The translations under genes and the position numbers were made by a program. DNA of 61,055 bases, counting the filler, from Barthelona sp. PAP020 (Eukaryota): NCBI GenBank assembly GCA_040182905.1. It is 4 parts of 4 records of this genome, joined end to end, with 100 filler letters (N's around TTAATTAATTAA, not from the genome) between each part and the next. Parts side by side here need not be neighbours in the genome. Positions count along the whole stretch, not along the records: positions 1 to 15,271 come from JARQWU010000284.1; 3 more parts are not named here. The stretch is one strand, 5' to 3'. This document shows, one piece after another, positions 1-10,288 of this stretch. The notes below the pieces were generated by a model, which did not search any database, was not told the DNA's origin, and was given only the letters and a program-made list of their open reading frames with translations. Numbering within the stretch: the stretch's first letter is position 1; each line of letters opens with the position of its first letter.

Positions 1-102
1 AAAAAAAAAAAAAACAATTAACATGCACAGAAAAATCAACAGGAAAATGATTTTTGGAAAATTATTGTTGAATACAGAAAAGAAAAAGGGTGAAAAACTA
101 AA

Positions 103-399
103 CTAAATATTTTCTTCTTCACCACACACAACCATGCAAGGAGTAACTGTATCAATAAACTTGGAAATCGTGCTTGGGATTCTTTGAGCGACGGTTTGAT
201 CAACAAAAACCATTGATGTTCTCGAATTTTCCATAAAACTGGTCAAATGTTCTATTATTTCGTTGTCATTCGTTTTGTTATTAATAACAAAAAAATTTGG
301 ACTTTTTGATTCATCATAATTTCCAACTCCTGTTAATAGTAATCCTGCCACAAATGGTTCAGATCCAATTGCACATATTAAATTTCGATTTGGAGGCAT
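103..399 (-). CDS. VMA7: V-type proton ATPase subunit F
   Basis: LICAIGSEPFVAGLLLTGVG...PNFFVI matches the subunit F N-terminal signature; the C-terminus is somewhat short. Confidence 0.8.
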   Translation of the reverse strand: MPPNRNLICAIGSEPFVAGLLLTGVGNYDESKSPNFFVINNKTNDNEIIEHLTSFMENSRTSMVFVDQTVAQRIPSTISKFIDTVTPCMVVCGEEENI

Positions 400-517
400 T
401 GTAAAAGAAAATATGTTGGGGATTGAAATTGCGTGACAAAGTTAGGTGGGAGATCGAATCAAAAATTTAAATTTTTTGTTTTTTTTTTCCAAACAATTTT
501 TTTATTGTAATTTCAGT

Positions 518-1663
518 ATGGAAAATAGTGAATTTGCTCCCATTGTTCTTGATAACGGTTCTGGTCAAATCAAAGCCGGTTTTGCTTTAGAAGACACCCC
601 CACTTGTGTTTTCCCCTCAATTGTTGGTCGTCCTAAAGCCAGTCAAGATGATGTCATTCCTGGTTCTGCTGCTGATGCTGATACTTTGTATATTGGAGAC
701 CGTGCTTTGGCTTCTTCTGGTATTTTAAAGATTTCTTATCCTATTGAATCCGGTATTGTCACCAACTGGCAAGATATGCAAGCTGTTTGGAAATATACTT
801 TTGATAACCAATTACGTGTTGATCCTGGAAACTATAAGGTTTTATTGACTGAAGCCCCAAGAAATCCTCGTCAAAACCGTCAACAAATGGTTGAAATCAT
901 GTTTGATGAATTCCAAGTTGATAGTTGTTATGTTCAAACTCAAGCTATTTTGGCCCTTTATTCTCAAGGTTTGGTTACCGGTTGTATTTTCGATTCCGGT
1001 GATGGTGTTTCTCATACCATTCCTATTTATGAAGGTTTCATTCTTAATCAAGCTATTATGCGTCTTAACTTGGCTGGTCGTTCTATTACCAACTATCTTA
1101 AGGAATTACTCATGGAAGAAAACTGGCATGCCGAAACTTCTTCTCAACTTCAACATGTTCGTAGAATGAAGGAACAACATGCTTATGTTGCCCTTGATTA
1201 TGAAGAAGAGCTCAAGAAGGCTGAAAGTTCATCTGAATTAAAGGAAGAATATGAACTTCCCGATGGTTCTGTTGTTTCCATGAACAAGTGCCGTTTCTGC
1301 TGTGCTGAAGCTTTATTCAAGCCTCATTTGGTTCACAAAGAAGATGTTGGTATTCATGAACAAATTTTCCAAGCTATTGGAAGAACTGAATTCGATATTC
1401 GTCCTGCCCTTTACAAGAACATTATCCTTTCTGGTGGTACTACCATGTTCAAGAACATTGAAGTTCGTCTTGAAAGAGAAATTACCAACCTTGCACCTGC
1501 TTCTGCCAAGGTTCGCGTTGATGCTCCTCGTGATCGTCGTTTCGCTGTCTGGTTAGGTGGTGCTGTTATGGCTGGTCTTGAATCCTTCAATAACAGTTGG
1601 ATTACAAAAGCTGATTTTGAAGAATGTGGTCCTTCTATTGTTGCTGCTAAATGTTCAACATAA
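518..1663 (+). CDS. Divergent actin (actin/Arp1-like)
   Basis: DNGSG, FPSIVGRP, LLTEAP, DSGDGVSH, YELPDG and LSGGTTMF motifs; first ATG at 518; strong CGT/GGT/AAG/TTC codon bias. Confidence 0.93.
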   Translation: MENSEFAPIVLDNGSGQIKAGFALEDTPTCVFPSIVGRPKASQDDVIPGSAADADTLYIGDRALASSGILKISYPIESGIVTNWQDMQAVWKYTFDNQLRVDPGNYKVLLTEAPRNPRQNRQQMVEIMFDEFQVDSCYVQTQAILALYSQGLVTGCIFDSGDGVSHTIPIYEGFILNQAIMRLNLAGRSITNYLKELLMEENWHAETSSQLQHVRRMKEQHAYVALDYEEELKKAESSSELKEEYELPDGSVVSMNKCRFCCAEALFKPHLVHKEDVGIHEQIFQAIGRTEFDIRPALYKNIILSGGTTMFKNIEVRLEREITNLAPASAKVRVDAPRDRRFAVWLGGAVMAGLESFNNSWITKADFEECGPSIVAAKCST

Positions 1664-1807
1664 TCATACTGAAATTTGTGTGTATAAAATAAATGTAACA
1701 GATTTATTTGTTGTTTTCACTGTGGTTGCCCATCATGTTGAAGATTTTTTTTTCTTTTTGGAGGAGAAAATAAAAGAATAAACAATTGTTTATTGATATT
1801 TTTTTGA

Positions 1808-3013
1808 TCAATTTTGCTCAACAACAACAGATTCGATAATTTTAGCCGTTCGAATGATAGTACCAATGATTTTACCCTCTTCTTCCATTTGTTCTTCGGT
1901 TAATGATACCTCATTCATATGTTTTCCAGTAAAGTTTTCAATGGCTAAAATTCTTTCCATTCCTTTTGGTGTAGCCAAGGAAACGCTTCTTCCTTTTCTG
2001 TTCAAACGAGCAGTACGACCAACTCTATGAATATAAACTTTTGGGTCCAATGGTAAACTGTAATTGATGACTAATTGAACAGTAGGGATATCTAAACCTC
2101 TACAAGCAACATCTGTAGCAATTAAAACAGAGTGACTCATCAATCTAAAGCTATTTAAATTGTTCAATCGTTCTTTTTGTAACAATTTTGAATGTAGACT
2201 AACAACTTTCAAATCTTCATCGATTTCGCTCAAGGTTTGAGCAATAACTTCACAATCAATAGCCTTGTTTACGAAAACTATTGCTCTATTTGAAGGACTA
2301 GGTTGAAAACGTTTCAAAAGAAAGTATAGCCTGACTAGTTTAAGTTTATGGGGAGTGGATAACACTTCTTCGACCAATTGATCAACAGTAGATATTGGAT
2401 CAACAATGAAAGTTTTGACTTTGGGTAAATTTTCCGAAATTGTTTTTAGATCTTCAGTTAAAGTAGCTGTAAATAAAAGTGTGTGTCTATCATTGGCTAT
2501 CGGCAAAGCGTCGACTATTGTTGAAACTGGTTCAATCAAAGTTTCAAATAATCGGTCAGCTTCATCCAGTACCAAATATTTAATTCTTTTTAAAGAAATT
2601 TCTGGTAACAAGGTAGCTAAACGGCCTGGAGTTGCTATTATTATATGTGGTCTTGTTGTTAACATAATTGATTGATTTTGTGAAGACAATCCTCCAATGA
2701 TTAAACATGTTCTAACACCAAAATTAGCTCCAAATATATCAAATTGTTCTTTAATTTGCATTGCCAATTCACGTGTTGGTGTTACAACAATCGCAAATGG
2801 TCCGACCATTTCAGTAATCAAATCATTTAAGATTGGCAAAGCAAATGCTGCAGTTTTTCCACTACCAGTATTTGCAACACCAATAACATCGTATCCATTG
2901 ATAATTGCAGGAATTGTTTCTTTTTGAATTGGTGTAGGCTGCTCATAACCCAATTCTTTAATCACTCGAATAAATTGTTCGTTTAATCCTAAAGAAATAA
3001 ATGGACTTTTCAT
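1808..3013 (-). CDS. DBP8: DEAD-box RNA helicase, DDX49/Dbp8-like
   Basis: Q motif PTPIQ, TGSGKT, PTRELA, DEAD, RGLDIP and HRVGRTAR; ATG at 3013 preferred over 3067. Confidence 0.8.
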   Translation of the reverse strand: MKSPFISLGLNEQFIRVIKELGYEQPTPIQKETIPAIINGYDVIGVANTGSGKTAAFALPILNDLITEMVGPFAIVVTPTRELAMQIKEQFDIFGANFGVRTCLIIGGLSSQNQSIMLTTRPHIIIATPGRLATLLPEISLKRIKYLVLDEADRLFETLIEPVSTIVDALPIANDRHTLLFTATLTEDLKTISENLPKVKTFIVDPISTVDQLVEEVLSTPHKLKLVRLYFLLKRFQPSPSNRAIVFVNKAIDCEVIAQTLSEIDEDLKVVSLHSKLLQKERLNNLNSFRLMSHSVLIATDVACRGLDIPTVQLVINYSLPLDPKVYIHRVGRTARLNRKGRSVSLATPKGMERILAIENFTGKHMNEVSLTEEQMEEEGKIIGTIIRTAKIIESVVVEQN

Positions 3014-3276
3014 ACTCAAATGAATTGGAAATATAAAAATTAAAAAATAGAATTTGTTCAATGTCATATTTTTTATGTATCATCTATTTTGATTTAAAAA
3101 TGTTTTATTTGCCTAATTTATATGACCAAAAGATACTCTTTTAAGAATTTAATGAATCCAAATTTTATCCTCCTTTTTGATTCAAAAAGAAACTATATAT
3201 TTCATATTTAACATACTAACAAACGCATAAATATAAAAATAAACATGTACAACAAATAGTTTTATGTGAGAGAAAA

Positions 3277-6200
3277 TTACCTGTTAATTTTTCTGTTTTT
3301 TGTTTTTCTAACCCTTTGTTTTTGTTTTATTGATTTAGAAGAGGGTGTTGATGAAATATCATTGACAGAATCATCAATTAAAAGATCTTTTGAAAGTTCA
3401 CCACCAACAGGTTCCAATAAAGCAGTCCAAATATCTTTATGATGATCTTTGAAGATTGATTCTAATTCTTTGATTGAATTCATATAAAAATTATAAATAT
3501 TGGAGTTTGAATCTGACAAATCAATTTTTGCGATGACTTTAGCCCAACGAAGTTTCTTAGTTCTTGTTAAATTGTCAACACACTGTTTTAACAATGTGTT
3601 TAGTATTTTCTTTCCACTGTCATCAATAAATGACCAACACAGGTCAACCATTTCATTGAAAATATCTTCATCAACAATAAACAGTTCCATTTCTGGTGTA
3701 TTTTCACATAATTGAGAAAATACATGAGGTATAGCGTTAATTAAAACATTCTTTCTATTAACTAAAGTTGAAAAGAATGTTTGTGCTATTAATTTATTGT
3801 TAATATCTTTATCTTGACTTAATTTATTATTTACAGTAATAAAACCATGATAAAACAACAACATATCGATCAAATTCGTTCTAAGCTTTAATAAATCACT
3901 TAAAACTAAATGCACTATGACAGAAAAAGCATTGTTTCGAACATTAGCATTAGAACATCTCAATAATGCAAATATTTGTTTTCTATAGGGTGTGATAGTG
4001 TTGGTTTGATGTAATAATAAGTCAACTAAACCTACAACACCCGTGTTTCTAATTTCATCACAAGCCTTTGAATCATTAATAATCTGAAAGATTAAGTCAA
4101 GGTTATTTTTGCAAATTTCAGTGGAAGTGACCATAAAGCGTAAAATACATGTCATTGCAACAATTGCTATGCCAGAACTTAAGTCTTCATGTAATATTTG
4201 CTGACATATTTTTACATGAGAGGAAAAACAGTTTAGCAAAGGTCCAGAATCAGCTAGATATTGAGATAGATGTTTAGCAACAACATCAGTTGGTTTAACA
4301 TCAACTTCTGTCAACTCTTCCATATCTTCTTCATCTTCTATATTATGTTTATCACCTTGTTGAACTCCTTGTTGCTCTAATTGTGCACGTCTACTTGTCA
4401 TAATTTTGGTTTCAATGGTAGATACACAATTAACACATATAGAACTGCTTAAACATAACCCAACAATAACATTTTGATTTGGTTTCTGATTATCATCCAA
4501 GGTTGCAAATTTTTTCATTAAAAATTCATAAAATTGAAATTGCAACTGTAAAGGATTGGAATACAATGAAAAATATCTAACTAAAATGCTACAAACATCA
4601 ATACACATTTGTGAATTACAATTTACCAAAATTTTCATTGATCTATCAAAAACCATCTCACACACACTCTTTTGAATGATATTTAGTACAATAAGTATGT
4701 CAATAAGCACAATAAATATATCTGTTTCTACTTCACCTAACATATTCAATAAATTTCTTGAAAATATATTCAAATACAATGGTTTGGGAGATTTAGGATA
4801 TTTAAGAGTAGCTATAGCGATGAATTTCATTAAAATAAACGCAGTTTTTCTGATTTCATAAGAACTTTTGAGAGCCTTTAAAAAAATACATTTTTGTATT
4901 TCTTCTGTTAATAAAGGCAATTGAATTTCATTGCCACTAAGAAATCCATCGTCAATGAATGATATCCAAGTTACTTTACCCATTGAATCAAAAATATTTT
5001 GCAAATTTTCCTCATTTTCCAGCAAAAACAAACTCAATAGCTTCATAAAATGTATTCCATCATCTTGTGATAATTCTCTCATGAAATTAATTAGATTTTG
5101 TGCAATACCATTCGGTCTTTGACTCCATGGCAAGGATGATACATTGAAAATCTCAATTGTAAAACTATAGATGATCAATCTAATGACATCTTCATCTGCA
5201 TTATGAATTAAAGAGAGGATTTCAACACACAAAGGAGTAGACAACAATTTGAACCTAGCAAATTCAATGAATACTGATATTGCACGAATTACATCAGTTT
5301 GAGTATGTGAACGTGTAAGATAACGAAGTAAAGGAATTGTTTGTAGCAAAACTTCTGAGAATCTAACCATCCCTGATATTTTTTTAGTTTCTTCTTCTTG
5401 GTCTTCTTCTTCATCTATTTCTTTTTCTTCTTCTTTAACATCCTCATTTACATCTTCTTGATCTTTATTTAAAAGTTCATCTGATGGTTCTTTCTCGATA
5501 GATCCCCCAATTGACAAATCAGGACCATATGGATTCCATCTTAACAAGATTATCAATAATTTCATGCACTCACTTCTAACTAACGAGATTTTTTCCCTCA
5601 AATGTGAACAAACTTCAAAAGTAAATCGAATAAACCATTTTTCAGGAAGTTTACCTGTAAAAATAATCTCTTCAAAACCCTTAAATGCAACAACACGAGT
5701 TCTAGAACTTGAGTCCATTAAATGCAAGAATAATGGTTCAATCAATTCTTCAAAATTTTTCAAATTTCCTTGATTTAATCTATAAATAATGATCGTAGCA
5801 ACAGTTTCCACAACTGCTGAACGAACGTTGTATTTTGGATGAGTTCCCAATCCAACATACAATGGCAAAAAATCAATGACTCGGTCAATCGAATCTTCAC
5901 ACACTTTTTTAGTAATTTCATAAAAATTACGAGGTATTGGGTCAACAATATCATCAGTTATATATCCAATCAAAGAACCAATATGATTGTATTTCGAACT
6001 AACAATGTACTTGCAATAAGGCAACAGATAATCCAAAAACAATACATATTCCCAAAAAATATTTCCAAAATCTTCCTCAATATTTTCAAAAATTTTGTCA
6101 AATATTTCATAAACTTTTGTTCGAAAAGTTTGAGTTTCATTTGAATGTTTTCGTAATGATGGAGTATTCAAAAGCGGTACAATACATCTGAATAATTGAA

Positions 6201-6693
6201 CGTCAAATAAATTTTGTGAAGGCAAGAAATTAAATCTCTCATCATTCAAAAAAGATAATATAGTCTTTGTATATTTTTGTAAATGGGTTACTTCCAATTC
6301 AATATCACATTTATTTACATTTTCCAAAATCCATAAGAAAAAAAAGAATAAAATTCCGGTAATATTTTCTTCAGGATCATCTAATGATAAAACTATGTTT
6401 TCAATAGCATCAAAAAATATATTTAATAGTTCTAAACCTTCATCTTTAACATCTAAAAAGTTCTTCTCAAGACTACAAGATAAAAAACGATATATTTTGG
6501 AAAAATTATCTTCGTTCATTATTGTTTCATGTTTAAATATTTTTAGATCTTCAATAATTTCTTCTAATTCAAAATATTCGATTAAAGGTAAAGTTGAATC
6601 ATCCAGGCCCGACAATATTTCATTATTTTGGAATTCTCTCACAGTTAATAACGCTAATGGAGTTGCAGGAAATGTAAAATTGCTGAATGCCAT
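3277..6693 (-). CDS. NCAPD2: Condensin HEAT subunit CAP-D2/Cnd1-like
   Basis: 1138 aa HEAT-like protein; C-terminal IRNTGVVGLVDL...VRNNAFSVIVHLVLSDLLK resembles the Cnd1 domain; LLRWNPY motif. Confidence 0.75.
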   Translation of the reverse strand: MAFSNFTFPATPLALLTVREFQNNEILSGLDDSTLPLIEYFELEEIIEDLKIFKHETIMNEDNFSKIYRFLSCSLEKNFLDVKDEGLELLNIFFDAIENIVLSLDDPEENITGILFFFFLWILENVNKCDIELEVTHLQKYTKTILSFLNDERFNFLPSQNLFDVQLFRCIVPLLNTPSLRKHSNETQTFRTKVYEIFDKIFENIEEDFGNIFWEYVLFLDYLLPYCKYIVSSKYNHIGSLIGYITDDIVDPIPRNFYEITKKVCEDSIDRVIDFLPLYVGLGTHPKYNVRSAVVETVATIIIYRLNQGNLKNFEELIEPLFLHLMDSSSRTRVVAFKGFEEIIFTGKLPEKWFIRFTFEVCSHLREKISLVRSECMKLLIILLRWNPYGPDLSIGGSIEKEPSDELLNKDQEDVNEDVKEEEKEIDEEEDQEEETKKISGMVRFSEVLLQTIPLLRYLTRSHTQTDVIRAISVFIEFARFKLLSTPLCVEILSLIHNADEDVIRLIIYSFTIEIFNVSSLPWSQRPNGIAQNLINFMRELSQDDGIHFMKLLSLFLLENEENLQNIFDSMGKVTWISFIDDGFLSGNEIQLPLLTEEIQKCIFLKALKSSYEIRKTAFILMKFIAIATLKYPKSPKPLYLNIFSRNLLNMLGEVETDIFIVLIDILIVLNIIQKSVCEMVFDRSMKILVNCNSQMCIDVCSILVRYFSLYSNPLQLQFQFYEFLMKKFATLDDNQKPNQNVIVGLCLSSSICVNCVSTIETKIMTSRRAQLEQQGVQQGDKHNIEDEEDMEELTEVDVKPTDVVAKHLSQYLADSGPLLNCFSSHVKICQQILHEDLSSGIAIVAMTCILRFMVTSTEICKNNLDLIFQIINDSKACDEIRNTGVVGLVDLLLHQTNTITPYRKQIFALLRCSNANVRNNAFSVIVHLVLSDLLKLRTNLIDMLLFYHGFITVNNKLSQDKDINNKLIAQTFFSTLVNRKNVLINAIPHVFSQLCENTPEMELFIVDEDIFNEMVDLCWSFIDDSGKKILNTLLKQCVDNLTRTKKLRWAKVIAKIDLSDSNSNIYNFYMNSIKELESIFKDHHKDIWTALLEPVGGELSKDLLIDDSVNDISSTPSSKSIKQKQRVRKTKNRKINR

Positions 6694-6868
6694 GGAAAAA
6701 CCAAAAAAAAAAAATTGTTGATCCGGTCGAATTCAGTGACCTTTTTTCTTGGAGAAAGAAATTGGTCTTTTACATTTGTTTCAACATAATCATTTAATTT
6801 TGTCAAAGCTTTTTTACTGCAAATATTATATAAAATAGAAAAAAAATTCAATATTTACTTTCAAGAAA

Positions 6869-8257
6869 TCAATGAAGTTGATAATATTCATTCAACCATT
6901 GTTCCATATAATTTTCAGCAGATTGTCTGACACTTTTCATGCTTTCATTGTCATCAGGCTTAGGATCATGTAAATCACCACAATGAGCACTATTGTGAAT
7001 AAGATAACTGTGAATATTATTATTTTCTTCAAATTTATGGAGTTCAGTCAAACTCAAAGCTCTCCAAGGATCTCTATCACCATTGGTAAATACAATTTTG
7101 CTAGCCCCAGTATATAAAGAACCATAGTATCTGTTCGTATAATTGATGTGAGGATTGAAAGGAATATTTGGGAAATTATCCTTGCACATTTTACGGTGCC
7201 ATGTGATATCGATTTTTTTACTGCGAACACCATCATCAGCAGCAACTTGCCAAAAGCCGAATTCATTACAAGATTGCCATAACCAGGCTTTTAAGTTGTC
7301 AACTTCAACACCGGGACGATAGAGATCATAATCTCTGCAGTCTTGACTGAAAAAATTAAAGAGCCACTCACTATATTCAACAAATCCATTAAAAGCATCT
7401 TTACTAGTAATTGTAGGACATAAGTGTTCTGTATAATTATATTGAATAGCAAATGCAGCAATATCTGCCATAATATATAAAAATCTGACGGGATCGGTGT
7501 CAATATATTCACCTCCCTTAAATTGAGTACGAACTGCTTTGTTTCGATCATCACTAGCATACAATTCAGTCTCAATATATTTATAAACTTCACGCAATGC
7601 AGAACTACAATTTTCACCAGCAGTTTTGGCAATAAAGGAATCATATTGATAGAAATTTTCAGTCGCATGAACAGGTCCAGAACTAGCCCAGGACATAGTG
7701 ATTAAATGTGGGTATTTAGCACGCATCCAACTAGACATTGCTCCAGCGTATGAACCTCCCACAATAATAACAGGTGTATCCCTTGGTAAACTGTACACAA
7801 CAATCATGGTAGAAACAAAATGTACCAAATCTTCTTGAGCTTGTTGGGAGGTTAAATATTTCAAGGAGTTTAATGTGAAATTATCGACAGGTAATGATTC
7901 ACCATAATAACGATGTTCCAATGAAAAAATGACACCATTAAATTTCTTTGCCAAAGTAATCTTTTCTCCATTTAAACAAGTATTTGCACGCATTGGTGCT
8001 TCACCAGAAATGTACAGAATAATTGGAGATGGATTTTGGTAGTTGGTTTTGAAATAAGACCAATTTGAACAATATCTTTGGGAAAATTTCTTATCATTTA
8101 ATGGGTCAAAATGATCGGTTGTTTGATAAAATGTCTGATAATTTGATGAATCTCCCAACAAATTTAATTTTTTGTAAATAAGATATTCATCTTGTGCAAA
8201 CTTACAATAAACACATACTAACGAAAGGAATAACACAAACAAATTTCTATGAAACAT
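6869..8257 (-). CDS. Serine peptidase family S28, secreted/lysosomal
   Basis: Signal peptide; DHFD, LEHRYYGES, GGSYAG nucleophile, NGDRDPW and AHCGDL. Confidence 0.92.
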   Translation of the reverse strand: MFHRNLFVLFLSLVCVYCKFAQDEYLIYKKLNLLGDSSNYQTFYQTTDHFDPLNDKKFSQRYCSNWSYFKTNYQNPSPIILYISGEAPMRANTCLNGEKITLAKKFNGVIFSLEHRYYGESLPVDNFTLNSLKYLTSQQAQEDLVHFVSTMIVVYSLPRDTPVIIVGGSYAGAMSSWMRAKYPHLITMSWASSGPVHATENFYQYDSFIAKTAGENCSSALREVYKYIETELYASDDRNKAVRTQFKGGEYIDTDPVRFLYIMADIAAFAIQYNYTEHLCPTITSKDAFNGFVEYSEWLFNFFSQDCRDYDLYRPGVEVDNLKAWLWQSCNEFGFWQVAADDGVRSKKIDITWHRKMCKDNFPNIPFNPHINYTNRYYGSLYTGASKIVFTNGDRDPWRALSLTELHKFEENNNIHSYLIHNSAHCGDLHDPKPDDNESMKSVRQSAENYMEQWLNEYYQLH

Positions 8258-9178
8258 TTTTGAAAAATAAAAAAATTTGATCAAAAACTTGTTCTTTCAA
8301 CTAATAATACAATTAAAATCCCAAATATATTCCGATAAAATTATTGGATGATAAATGAATGCTATTATTTATTTAAAAAAAGTGTTTTCTAACTTTTGCC
8401 TGTTTGACAATTGTTTTCTTTTTTTTTTTATCAGAATGCAAAAAGATTTATGGAGTTTAAATAATGATTTGTGCTATTTAAAAGGTGGGGAAATTAATTT
8501 TTTTGTTAAAAACCAACATTTGAAGCACAGCTTCGTAACTCAACAAAAGGAAGAAATCTTTAATGATATAATTGTATTGGATATTAAATACTTACAATAT
8601 CCGGTGATCTTTATTGAGTATCAAATTTTTATATTTATTATTTTGCTAACAAATAGTCAAAACGTCGATAAAACAAAAGATGTTTGGGAACAATATTTTC
8701 GGACTGAATTTTTATTTCATGAATCAATGAATCCACGGATATGTCCAATTACTTCCAAGAGAGAACCAATTCTGAAAAATTTTGAATTGATTTAAAAAGG
8801 AAAGAGAAATCAATAGAACAACACAGTCATTTATTACAAAAAAAGAAAATTGGATTGTTATAATTCAATATAATTTGAGTTCCTCAAAATTGAAAAACAA
8901 GCTTATTTACAGACTTTTATAAATATTTTAAGTTTTGTTGTTTTGAGTTATTTTTATGTTGAGAGATTGTTCTTTGAATAACAAAAACTGGGGTGTAATT
9001 GTAGCTGCTATGTGATAGTATAAAAACTATGTCTTTTAGCAATATTCATTGTATATTTTCATGTAATGTGTACCTCATAATCTTATATGTTAGATAAAAT
9101 ATGTTTATCAAATTGATAGATTATTTGATTCACTTTCATTTTCAATTTCTTTGTTCATCGATTTTTATTGAATAATTT

Positions 9179-10186
9179 ATGAGTGAAATATCATTAGAAC
9201 ATCGAGTTTTAAATTCGTTACCAGAGGATTCAATTTCTTGTTTAAAATTTTGTCCTTTTGATTCAACCAAAATCGCTGCATGTTCTTGGGATAGTAATTT
9301 ATATATTTATGATATTAAAGCAAATAGTCTTTTGTATATACGGTCATTTGAGTGTGCTTTATTATCTTTATGTTGGATAGATAAAGAATTTGTATGTATT
9401 GGTGGTTTGAATGGTAATTTGTATTTAATTAATATCAAAACAGATTCTTCTCAAAAGATTTTAACTCATGAGGGTGCTATTTCAACTGTATTATTTAATA
9501 GAAAATTTGATTATATCATTACTGGTTCATGGGATCGTACAATATCAATATTTGATTTCAAAAATAATAATTTTATAAATAGATTGACTCTTTCAGGAAA
9601 ATGCTTCGATTGTTCAACCATTGATGAACATCTTGTAGTTATTACTTCTGCTCATAAAATTGAGCATTATAATTTGGTTTCGCTTGCGTGTGAAATAATT
9701 ACAAATCCTTTGAAAACTCAATTGAGGTCAGTTTCAATGATGAAAGATGGGTTAGGATTTTCTATAAGTTCTGTTGGAGGAAGAGCAGCTATTGTTTTTT
9801 TTGAAGACTCAAAAGAGAAGAATCAAGAAACTTTTGCTTTCAGATGTCACCGTACCAAACTTTCAAATGGTGAATCAGAAATTCATTGTGTCAACTCAAC
9901 CTGTTTTCATCCCATCAACTTAAGAACTTTTGTCACTGGAGGCACTGATAATAAGGTAGTTATTTGGGATGGTATTCATCAAAGAAAATTATTGAGTGTG
10001 GGTAAATTTGAAGAATCTATTTCAGCCCTTGATTTCAGTGAAGATGGTTTACTTCTGGCAGTTGCTGTAAGTTACACTTATGAAAATGGTGATGAAAATA
10101 TGGATTCTAGACCCATCAGTATTGTTATATGTGAATTATCTTTGGATCAAACAAAGCCAAAAGAAAAGAAGAAAAAAAAAAAATAA
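9179..10186 (+). CDS. BUB3: BUB3 (Bub3/Rae1 WD40 family)
   Basis: PEDSISCLKF, TGSWD, FAFRCHR, VNSTCFHP, TGGTD, LAVAVSYTYENG; basic C-terminal tail. Confidence 0.8.
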   Translation: MSEISLEHRVLNSLPEDSISCLKFCPFDSTKIAACSWDSNLYIYDIKANSLLYIRSFECALLSLCWIDKEFVCIGGLNGNLYLINIKTDSSQKILTHEGAISTVLFNRKFDYIITGSWDRTISIFDFKNNNFINRLTLSGKCFDCSTIDEHLVVITSAHKIEHYNLVSLACEIITNPLKTQLRSVSMMKDGLGFSISSVGGRAAIVFFEDSKEKNQETFAFRCHRTKLSNGESEIHCVNSTCFHPINLRTFVTGGTDNKVVIWDGIHQRKLLSVGKFEESISALDFSEDGLLLAVAVSYTYENGDENMDSRPISIVICELSLDQTKPKEKKKKKK

Positions 10187-10288
10187 AATAAAGAAATCGT
10201 TTGCTCATTTATTATTTATTTTTCCAAATACGACTATCCTATCCTTTTGCAATTAATATTTTGAATGGTTGAAAGAAGATTTCACATT

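Noticed and set aside
8355..8795. 146-aa ORF
   Set aside because: F/I/K/N-rich translation typical of AT-rich non-coding DNA; no motif
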